DNA of 63,347 nucleotides from an uncultured Christensenella sp. (GTDB lineage Bacteria > Bacillota > Clostridia > Christensenellales > UBA1242), in assembly GCA_964554475.1 (NCBI GenBank), contig CAZKOT010000001.1, forward strand, positions 1 through 63,347, in the 5' to 3' direction. Below the pieces are notes generated by a model. The model ran no database searches, had not been told where the DNA came from, and saw only the letters and a list, made by a program, of their open reading frames with translations. A program made the translations under genes and the position numbers. Shown piece by piece: positions 1 to 8,596 of the stretch (positions within the stretch are counted from its first letter, which is position 1; every line of letters begins with the position of its first letter).

Positions 1-3000
1 AACTTATACAACCTGAAAAAGCACTATATTCAATTGTTGTAACCGTTTCAGGAATAATAACGTTAATTAATGATTCACAGGAAAAAAAGGTACCAAATAC
101 AATCGTTGAAATACCATATGGAATTTCAATTTCAGTTATTGCTGTTCCTCCAAAAGCCAAAGCACCAATTGATGTTACTGATGAAGGAATAATAACGCCC
201 GATAAACTGGAACAAAATCCAAATCCTCCCATTTCAATTGTCAAAAGTCCTTCAGGTAAATCAATGCTTTCCAAACTTGAACAATAAGCAAAGGCACCTG
301 TCCCAATTATTTCAATTCCCTCAGGGAAATTAACAATACTTGTTAAAGCGGAACAAAGAAGAAATGCATTATTTCCTATAGCTGTAATTCGACTTTCTGT
401 TTCAAAAGTAACTGTGCTTAAATTTGAGCACCCTTCAAAAGTAGAATCTCCAAGACTGGTTATTCTGTTTGGAATAGATATATTTACTAAACCTGTACAA
501 TCACGAAAAATATCTTCTACAATAACTAAATCACTACTGCCACCTTCAAATGTAACATTTGACAAACTTGTGCATTCTCTAAAAACTGAATCATTAATCA
601 AAGTTACACTAGAAGGAATAACAACATTATTTAATACAGCGCACTTCATAAAAGCATCATTATAAATGGTTTGAAGTTGACTTACCGTTTCAAAAGTTAC
701 ACTCGCTAAATTCACGCAATTATAAAAAGCACCTTCTCCTATAGTTGTTAGACTTTTTGGAATTTCAATTTCTGTTAAACTTGGGCAATTTTGAAATGCT
801 CGAGTTGCAATACTTACCAAATTTGTTGAAAAAGTTACACTTTGTAGCAAAGGGCACTCAGAAAAAGCATATTCTCCAATATGTGTTACACTGTTAGGAA
901 TGATAACGGAAACAATATTTAGTGAATTATTAAAACCAGCATAAGCAATTTGAAGAACTGGCTCACCTAAATATGTTGAAGGAATAGCAATATTAGCGTC
1001 AGTTACTGATCCTCTTGAAACTGAATAGCCACCTGGTATGGAGTAATATGTAAGTCCTTCGGTAAACATTTCTAACAAGCGTGATGATAATTCATTCCAT
1101 TCACTTGCAGCCGAATAAGTCGACATTGTTCCTATGGGGATAATAATTGAATAAGTTCCATTAAAAGCGTTACTATCTAATAGTGTAGGCGGAGTTTCGC
1201 GTAAAACTTTTATTTCGGTTAAACTCGTACAACCATTAAAAGCATTTGCACCAATTTCTGTAACACTTGAAGGAATTGTAACCGAAATTAAATCATTATT
1301 ATTTAAAAAGCCATTTTCTGCAACCTTGATTACAGACTGAGAATTATATTCGGACGGAATAACAATATGAGTATTACTTGCTGTTCCTCTTGAAACTTCA
1401 TATCCTCCCGTAATTGCGGTAAACAAAAGTCCCTCTGACCACTCAAACAAGCGAGAAGAAAGATTTGACCATTCTGAAGAATAGCTTGTGTATGCAGTTG
1501 TGGTTCCTGTAGGAATTTGAATTGGATAAGTTCCGGCAAAAGCATTATAATCAAGATAGGCTGGACTTTTACCTAATAAAGTAGCACTTGTCAAACTTGT
1601 GCATCCATTAAAAGCATTATTCCCGATTGCATTAACGCTGCTTGGAATTGTAACTGTTTGCAAACCTGTGCAACTCATAAACATGCTGTTTTCTATTCTC
1701 GTGAAACCTTCTTGAAAAGTCACACTCTCTAAACCTGTGCATTGTTCAAAAATTCCAACTCCCATGGATTGCAAACTTGCAGGAATTGTAACGCCTGTTA
1801 AACCAGAACAAAGTCTAAATGCATAAGTCCCAATTTCAGAAAGATTACTTGAAAGATTTAAATTTGTTAAATTTGGGCAGTTTTGAAATGCTTCATCAAC
1901 AATATGAGTAACATTATTTGACATTGAAACGCTTACTAAACTTTGAATTCCCCAAAAAGCCTGACTCTCAATCCTTGTAACACTTTCCGGTATTGTAACC
2001 GAAGTAATACTGCTGCCTCTAAATCCTTGGTAAGCAATTTGAATAACAGGTTCACTCCATAAATATGTTGAAGGTATAATAATATTTTGTGCAGTTTCAT
2101 TTCCTATTGAAACTTCATATCCTCCAGTAACTTGCGTGTAAAGTAATTTTTGGCCATAACTGTCTAATTCACATATCCTACCCGCAAAATGCAATTCACT
2201 CCATTCGCTTGCTGATGTATAAGCTGAAAATGTATTTGAAGGAATATAAATTGTGTAAGTTCCGTCAAAAGCATTACTATCAATCAATGTCGGTGGCGTT
2301 AGTGCCAAAACAGTAGCATTTGTCAAACCCGTGCAACCATAAAAAGCATTAGCGCCAATAGAAGCAACTAAATTTGGTATTTCAAATGTATCTAATGCTA
2401 CGCAACCTGCAAATGCACTTGTGCCGATTGTTCCCAAATAACTACCATTCTCAAAAATAACACTTTCCAAAAGTAAACATGCATTAAAATTGAATGGGTC
2501 AGGAGAAAGAGGGATTATAATAGAACTTGATGAAAAAACTTCAGTTCCCAATAAAGTTACACTTGCAGGAATTGTAATACTTGTTAAACTTGTGCAACCT
2601 GAAAATGCTTGATTGCCGATTGTTTCAACAGAATTTGGAAGAGTTATTGTTGTTAATGAACTACATCCTTGAAATGTTCCTGTGTTTATTACTGTCACAC
2701 CGTATGGGACTACAATTTCGGTAATTCCTGAAAGCATTCCAAAAGCCATTTCACCAATAGTTGTAACACCACTAGGTATTTCAATTGCACTTAAACCCGA
2801 AAATGCAAACGCTGCATATTCAATTGTTGTTAAAGTTGAAGGCAAATTTACTTCGGTTAAATTTGAACAGAGAACAAACATTCCTTGTCCTGTTATTGTA
2901 ACGCCTTCTTCATAAGTAACCGTGGTTAAATTTGTGCACCCTTGAAAAACTGCCATTCCAAAACTTGTTACCCCACCAGGTATTGTTATCTCTGAAATAC

Positions 3001-3706
3001 CCGTTTCCCGTAAAGCATTTTCCGCAATTGTTGTTACAGTTTGAGGAATTGTGAATGATGTTAAACCATTGCAACCTTGAAATGCACTGTCGCCAATTGT
3101 AGTTAAAGTACTTCCACTTGTAAATGTAACCGAAGCAAGACTCAAGCAATCTTGAAAAGCGTATTCTTCAATAATTAAAACGCTGTTTGGAATTACAACA
3201 GATGTTATACTACTGCTTTCAAAACCACTCATTGCAATTTGAATAACTGGTTGACTCAAGTAAGTCGGAGGAATATATATGTCCAAATCATTACATCCAC
3301 CAATTGAAACCTCAAACCCACCTGTAATTGCGCTAAAGAAAAGCAGTTCTGAATACGATTCAGCAAGTCTTGCTGATAATACAGTCCACTCACTTGCACC
3401 CGAGTAAGCTGATAATGTTCCTATAGGAATATAAATAAGATATGTTCCATCAAAAGAATTGCTATTTAATAATGATGGGGGAGTATCTCTTAAAATTTTT
3501 ACTTTTGTTAAGCCCGTACAACCGTAAAAAACACTAGTTCCTATACTGGAAACATTAGCAGGAATTATTACTTGTGTTAAACTTGTACAATTTTGAAACG
3601 AACCGCTGCTTAAACTTAAAACACTTGTTGGAATACTAACCTCAGTTAAATAAGCGCAAGCATAAAATACTCCCGGCTCAATTGCTGTAATGCCATAAAT
3701 GCATTA
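1..3706 (-). pseudogene. BspA-type leucine-rich-repeat surface protein, C-terminal continuation (partial). It runs off the window start and is out of frame with the upstream 3646..4887 segment by a 1-nt difference at an A/T run near 3697-3700.
   Basis: I translated the minus strand in the frame whose codon high-coordinate is congruent to 1 mod 3, sampling at about 58, 1018, 1498, 2038, 2518, 2998, 3358 and 3690. Every sample gave open, LRR-like peptide, for example 'IIPETVTTIEYSAFSGCIS', 'VTDANIAIPSTYLGE' and 'ISEITIPGGVTSFGMAVFQ'. No stop occurs in-window, which is why it is absent from the complete-ORF track. A TAA at 3704-3706 closes this frame on the upstream side. If the run were 4 nt instead of 3, the two segments would fuse into 'SNAFYGITAIEPGVFYACAYLTEVSIP...'. 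Confidence 0.55.
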
Positions 3707-4887
3707 CTCCCAATTGTGTTTAATTCGCTACCCTCTTCAAAAGTAACACTAGTTAAACCTGTGCAACCTCTAAAGGCATCGGCATTTATTTGTCTTATGC
3801 TAGACGGAATAAAAACCGAATCAATCATCACATTATCTAAAAATCCTCCAATTGCAACTTGATAAACGGGAAGCGTTTCATGCCCAACTATGCCGTCATC
3901 CCAATAGGGCAATATTTCAATTGCTGTTTCGGTTACCGAAACCCCACTAGCAATATAACCAGGTATGCTACCACCACCAGCATTAGAATCGTAAGTGTAT
4001 GTAATTCCGTCATCATCTATTGAATAAATTTTTGATGAATATTGACCCCAAGATGACGTAAAAGCACTCAATCTTGTGTAGAAAACATTAATTTTTAAAT
4101 TTGCTGAGCCCGAACCTGACCCAAACACTTCTGTTCCAAGATTTGCAGGTGAACTTGCAAAAACTGTTACTTCTAAATCTGCATGTGTGTTTGCAAATGC
4201 CATATATCCAATGTCTGTAACACTATTCGCAATTACTACTGAAGTTAAACTAACACAATTGTGAAATGCTTCATCTCCAATAATTGTTACATTGTTTGGA
4301 ATTTTTATTTCGCTTAAATTCGTACAATTAACAAAAGCACTATTAGGAATTGTTGTAAAATTGACATTCGAAGGTAAAGTGACGCTTGTTAAACCTGAGC
4401 AACCATAAAAAGCAAAAATTCCAATAGATGTCACACTATTTGGAATTGTTAAGTTTGTTAAACCACAACTAGCAAACGCCTCAGTTCCAATACTTATAAC
4501 GCTTTCAGGAATTACTATATCTGTTAAAGCTGAACAATTACTAAAGGATTGAAATCCTATGCTAATTACACTATTTGGAATAACCACACTTATATATGGT
4601 TCATTATCAAAAGCATTATCATCAATTATTCTAACAGGAAGTCCATTAAAAGTTGAGGGAATAACTAAATTTGTCCCTGCAAATGAACCACTTGAAGTAA
4701 CCGAGTAATAATCATCTTCACCATTATCGTGAAAAGTAAATTCGAGTCCACTTACTGGATCAATGTCAGCATATGTTCCCTTATTAAAAGCAACAGTAAG
4801 CCCCCAAATTCCCAAAGAGAGAGAAAGAATGGAAATTATTGTTACAACCAAACTTCTAACCCAAAAATTTACTGCTGTTTTAAACAT
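3646..4887 (-). CDS. BspA-type LRR surface protein, N-terminal segment (signal peptide/TM anchor plus LRRs). It is terminated prematurely by the frameshift.
   Basis: The track ORF is 413 aa. The N-terminal hydrophobic anchor is 'VRSLVVTIISILSLSLGIWGL'. Repeated 'IPNSVTSIGxxAFxxCxxLTSV' LRR units follow. A GAGGG RBS lies upstream of the ATG. The last 20 aa, 'MALQQLSREYFMLALI', are an out-of-frame read. Confidence 0.6.
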   Translation of the reverse strand: MFKTAVNFWVRSLVVTIISILSLSLGIWGLTVAFNKGTYADIDPVSGLEFTFHDNGEDDYYSVTSSGSFAGTNLVIPSTFNGLPVRIIDDNAFDNEPYISVVIPNSVISIGFQSFSNCSALTDIVIPESVISIGTEAFASCGLTNLTIPNSVTSIGIFAFYGCSGLTSVTLPSNVNFTTIPNSAFVNCTNLSEIKIPNNVTIIGDEAFHNCVSLTSVVIANSVTDIGYMAFANTHADLEVTVFASSPANLGTEVFGSGSGSANLKINVFYTRLSAFTSSWGQYSSKIYSIDDDGITYTYDSNAGGGSIPGYIASGVSVTETAIEILPYWDDGIVGHETLPVYQVAIGGFLDNVMIDSVFIPSSIRQINADAFRGCTGLTSVTFEEGSELNTIGSNAFMALQQLSREYFMLALI

Positions 4888-5139
4888 ATTTTATCCCTCA
4901 AATTTTATTTTCATTTGTTTTTTTTAATAACATTAATATCTCCAACAATCTTTATTCTCTTTGGTGGCAAGTGATTAATGATGAGTTCCTTTGTTATAAG
5001 TTATGTCTTTTATTTTAATTTTTTATTATTTAATATCTTAAAAAAACTCTCTTGCACCGACTTGTCCTCACTCTTTCGTAAGTCGTAATTCCGCATTTAT
5101 AATTGTATTTTGTTATTTGATTTGCGTTTTGTATTTTTG

Positions 5140-5346
5140 TTAATCTTTTTCATTTAACTTTTTAAGTAAAAACTCCAAATCTATTCCATGAACTTGTGCC
5201 GCTTCTTCAAGTGTTTCCATTTGAGTCATGGGACAGCCAAAGCAATGAAGACCAAAACCCATTAAAATTTGTGAGTTTTTTTTATCTTTTTCAATGACTT
5301 CTCCCAAAGTACTTTCTTTTGTAAATTTTTCTTTTATCTTACTCAT
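5140..5346 (-). CDS. DUF1858-like small redox-disulfide domain protein (hybrid-cluster-protein-associated type)
   Basis: 68 aa. It has 'GEVIEK..ILMGFGLHCFGCPMTQMETLEEAAQVHGIDLEFLLKKLN', a CxGC motif with the TLEEAA..HG pattern typical of that family. Confidence 0.5.
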   Translation of the reverse strand: MSKIKEKFTKESTLGEVIEKDKKNSQILMGFGLHCFGCPMTQMETLEEAAQVHGIDLEFLLKKLNEKD

Positions 5347-5390
5347 TATTTTCTTCCTTTTTATTTATTTCAAAGGCATAGTAACTAAAT

Positions 5391-6740
5391 TTAATTTCTT
5401 AATTTACCACTCAAATTCTCACCGCAAATTTCACATTCCTCATTTTCAGTTGAATTTTCAGCCCCGCAAAACTTACATCTTAAAACATTATTAGTATTAA
5501 CGTTATAATACAAATTATCAAGCGATAAGTCAACATATTTTTCGTCATTATTCGTATTAGTAACTTGTTTTTCGTCATTGTAAGGTGGCAAAGCACTGAC
5601 CGAAGAAAGTTTATCATCATTACGAGCTTTGAGTTGCAATTCCTGAGTGTCAAATTGCATATTCAATTTTCTAGGATTAGTTTCAACTGAAGAGGAAACT
5701 GCCGAAGAGCGAGGAACGCTTTCCAATGCCTCATTTTTTTTAGCCATTTTCTTTTTTTCTCTTTCCCACATCTCTTTTAAATAAATCTCATCATCTTCTA
5801 TCTTTTTATTTTGTCGCAAATCATTAGTTTCCACCTCATTTATATTTTGTGATTTGTATTTTGTATTTTGATTTGTAGAATGTAAATTATAATTTGCATT
5901 TTGATTTTTTTTCCCAATCATTTCAAATCCAACCCAAGATGAACTTTCGCTTTTAGCCCCACTTATTTTATTTTTATTTGTTTGTTTACTTTTCTCTTTT
6001 AAAATTTCAATCTCAGTTTTTTCTTCAATTTTTGAAAGGGAGTTTAATTTTTCAGTAATATTTTTAGGCAAATTAACATTTTCAAATGAAAACCCCAAAA
6101 GAACAACTCCAATTTTTTCCAATTTTTTGACCAAAATATTAAATACTTTATCAGTCAAACTAACTTTTTCAACAAGGTCATCAAAATCGTAATCCGACTT
6201 TTCAATTATTGAAATAACCATTTCACTAACAAAACTACAAAGCAATTTTTCCGCTTCATTAATTTTTAAATAATCATAAACTTTAAATAGTTCTTTCAAA
6301 AAACTTTCGGGCTCATTAATTTTGAATGCAAATTTTCCATCTGCTGAAACCTTAAAATAACCAACTCGTGGATCAAAGCACTCAACTTTGCGATATGTTT
6401 TCCATTTCAAATGTTCAAAAGGCGTTAAATTCAAAAAATAGGCATTTGGAGAAAATCTAGTTGGCAATGAGCCATCTTTTCTAATTTTTCCAAGACGAAA
6501 ATATTTAACAGATTTTGGCAAAATAACTGCTTTCAATTCATGTTTTCCAAAAGGAATTGTATCAAGAATTTTTCCTGATTTGGAAAGTACAAAAACAAAA
6601 TTTTCTGGAACGGTAATTTTGTTTCCAAGGTAAACATGACCTTTTTTTAATTTATAAGGAAAAAGGAGAACCGAACTGATGTCAAAATCAAGTTCAATAT
6701 CCTTTGAAAAAAATTTTTTAATTCTACTAAATAATCCCAC
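5391..6740 (-). CDS. SPFH-superfamily protein of the YdjI/COG4260 type, with an N/Q/K-rich low-complexity linker and a C-terminal zinc ribbon
   Basis: 449 aa. The N-terminus 'MGLFSRIKKFF...FPYKLKKGHVYLGNKITVPENFVFVLSKSGKILD' aligns by eye with B. subtilis YdjI. The C-terminal 'CKFCGAENSTENEECEICGENL' is a zinc ribbon, as in YdjI. Confidence 0.5.
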   Translation of the reverse strand: MGLFSRIKKFFSKDIELDFDISSVLLFPYKLKKGHVYLGNKITVPENFVFVLSKSGKILDTIPFGKHELKAVILPKSVKYFRLGKIRKDGSLPTRFSPNAYFLNLTPFEHLKWKTYRKVECFDPRVGYFKVSADGKFAFKINEPESFLKELFKVYDYLKINEAEKLLCSFVSEMVISIIEKSDYDFDDLVEKVSLTDKVFNILVKKLEKIGVVLLGFSFENVNLPKNITEKLNSLSKIEEKTEIEILKEKSKQTNKNKISGAKSESSSWVGFEMIGKKNQNANYNLHSTNQNTKYKSQNINEVETNDLRQNKKIEDDEIYLKEMWEREKKKMAKKNEALESVPRSSAVSSSVETNPRKLNMQFDTQELQLKARNDDKLSSVSALPPYNDEKQVTNTNNDEKYVDLSLDNLYYNVNTNNVLRCKFCGAENSTENEECEICGENLSGKLRN

Positions 6741-7024
6741 GTAATTATTATAACATTTAACATTTACAATTTCAATTCAATATTCATTATTTTAAAGTGA
6801 GAAATAGTAAGTTGTAAGTTGTGAGTTTTCATTTAATAATATTCATATTTGTATTTTGTTATTTGAGATTTTGAATTTACGTTATTGTAGTTTGCTATTT
6901 ATTATTTGTAATTTTTAATTTGTTAATTAATTTGTCGCTTAGTCTTGTAAAAAATTTGTCAAACAATGTCATAACACTCATAAAAAAAACATTGTTTAAT
7001 AATTTAAAATAGGGGGACTTTTCA

Positions 7025-8050
7025 ATGAACAAAATTTCACAAATTATTTCAAAAGAAGTTATCTCAATTTATGAGTGTGTTTCAGTAGGTTTTGTAAAAG
7101 ATGTTTTTTTTAACAAAAATTTAACAAAAGCAAAAAGTTTTATTATTTTTAACGATGAAAGTGAAATTGAAAATCAGGTTCGAAATTTTAAAATATATTG
7201 TTTAACAGAAGAAGGAATTTTAATTCGTAACACAAGTAAAATTGAAATCTTTACCGCTGAACGCAATAATCCAATCAACAAAAAAGTGGTGTCTTTATCC
7301 GGTAAGGATTTTGGAAAAGTTACCGATGTGATTATAGATGAAAAATGCAGTGTTATTTCAATTATAACAACAATCAAAGAAATAAAGCCCAATATTATTG
7401 TAGCAAATGGATTAAAGCATTTAATTATTAATGACGCTGAAATTGCTTCTTTAGGAGCAAAAAAAATTACTCAAGGACGCTTCCGACCAAGAATAGCTTT
7501 TAAAACAAACAACGAAGATTTGAAAGACATTAAAGTAAAAATTGTTCAATCCAAAGAAGAAAACAATTACAATTCAATAATTGAAAACACAAAAACAGAA
7601 GATAACTTACCACAACAACTTAAACAAATTGAAAATAATGAAAATACAAATTTTGAAAAAATTTTAACCACTCAATTAAAGCAAGAACCGCAATTAATTA
7701 TCCAAGAAGAAGAAAAATTTATTTTGGAACAAACACAAATACACCAAAATGAGAAAAAAGAATTACAAATTGAAAATGAGCAAGCAAAAATCTTTAATCA
7801 TGAAAAACAATCAAAAGAACAAATACCCCATCAAACTCAAATTCCTCAAATAAAAAGAAATAGTGTGCCTATTTTTCCTAGTAAAATATCTTCTGAAAAA
7901 GGAATAATTGGCAAAAAAATAGCACAAACGATTATAGGAATTAACAACGAAGTAATCATACGAAAAAACAACATTATTTCCGCCCATACACTAGAAGTAG
8001 CAAAAAAACATAATAAAATAAATGAATTGTTAACACATGTCAGCGACTAA
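7025..8050 (+). CDS. Hypothetical protein with PRC-barrel-like N-terminal repeats and a Q/E/N-rich central low-complexity region
   Basis: 341 aa. It has two 'IISKEVISIYECVSVGFVKDVFF' / 'VVSLSGKDFGKVTDVIIDEKCSVISI' beta-barrel-like segments resembling YlmC/YmxH PRC barrels. This assignment is weak. Confidence 0.3.
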   Translation: MNKISQIISKEVISIYECVSVGFVKDVFFNKNLTKAKSFIIFNDESEIENQVRNFKIYCLTEEGILIRNTSKIEIFTAERNNPINKKVVSLSGKDFGKVTDVIIDEKCSVISIITTIKEIKPNIIVANGLKHLIINDAEIASLGAKKITQGRFRPRIAFKTNNEDLKDIKVKIVQSKEENNYNSIIENTKTEDNLPQQLKQIENNENTNFEKILTTQLKQEPQLIIQEEEKFILEQTQIHQNEKKELQIENEQAKIFNHEKQSKEQIPHQTQIPQIKRNSVPIFPSKISSEKGIIGKKIAQTIIGINNEVIIRKNNIISAHTLEVAKKHNKINELLTHVSD

Positions 8051-8064
8051 AAATTTGTTAATGT

Positions 8065-8097
8065 GCTAAAGAAATTTTAAAAAAAAATTTCTTTAGC
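8065..8097. terminator. Bidirectional rho-independent terminator between convergent genes
   Basis: 'gctaaagaaatttt' / A9 loop / 'aaaatttctttagc' is a perfect 14-bp stem. A-runs or T-runs sit on either side depending on strand. Confidence 0.5.
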
Positions 8098-8170
8098 GTT
8101 GACAACCTTTTCAATTTTTTAAATCGTCAATGGGTAAGTCGTCAGTTTACCACTCGTATGTAGTTTGTAT

Positions 8171-8551
8171 TTATTTTACCTGTATCGGTGGTTTTTGCAT
8201 TAACAATTTTTGTTTCCTACTATATTTTTTCAACTCTTCAACATCTTTTTTAAGTTTTTCAATTTCGATTTTTTCTTCTTTTTTCATTTCACTATTTTTT
8301 TCTTCTTCCAACTTTTTTCGAATACGTATTTTTGCCGATTCTTCTTCTTCATGTAATTCCATTTCTTCAGCTTTTGAAATTTCTTTTGCAGATTTTCCAT
8401 GAAAAGCATCAAGCATACCTTGAATTAAACTTCTTTTTCCCTTTCTTCCAAATGATTCTTTATATGTTGCCAAAGGGAAAGTTGAAAAAGAACTAATGGG
8501 TTTTAAAAATTTACCAATTGCCCATCCTAGTTTTTTTAAAAAACCTTTCAT
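8171..8551 (-). CDS. Stand-alone copy of the C-terminal cytoplasmic tail domain of the adjacent VirB6/TcpH-like paralogs
   Basis: 126 aa. 'SSFSTFPLATYKESFGRKGKRSLIQGMLDAFHGKSAKEISKAEE...KKDVEELKKY' aligns with the last 110 aa of the 794-aa protein ('AAFSTFPMGEIKKAFGRSNKMALQSMLWAFQGKSSKEIEKQE...KKLKQDVERLKRE'). Its own RBS, 'aggagag', sits 8 nt before the ATG. It has no TM segment. Confidence 0.45.
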   Translation of the reverse strand: MKGFLKKLGWAIGKFLKPISSFSTFPLATYKESFGRKGKRSLIQGMLDAFHGKSAKEISKAEEMELHEEEESAKIRIRKKLEEEKNSEMKKEEKIEIEKLKKDVEELKKYSRKQKLLMQKPPIQVK

Positions 8552-8596
8552 TTTGCTACTCTCCTATATAAGCAACTGAAGAAAAAGCTATATTAA

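Noticed and set aside
414-3149. Plus- and minus-strand track ORFs 414..665, 1330..1554, 2682..2915 and 2910..3149
   Set aside because: They lie antisense or out of frame inside the LRR coding region, whose true frame is open throughout. Their products are low-complexity with no homology.
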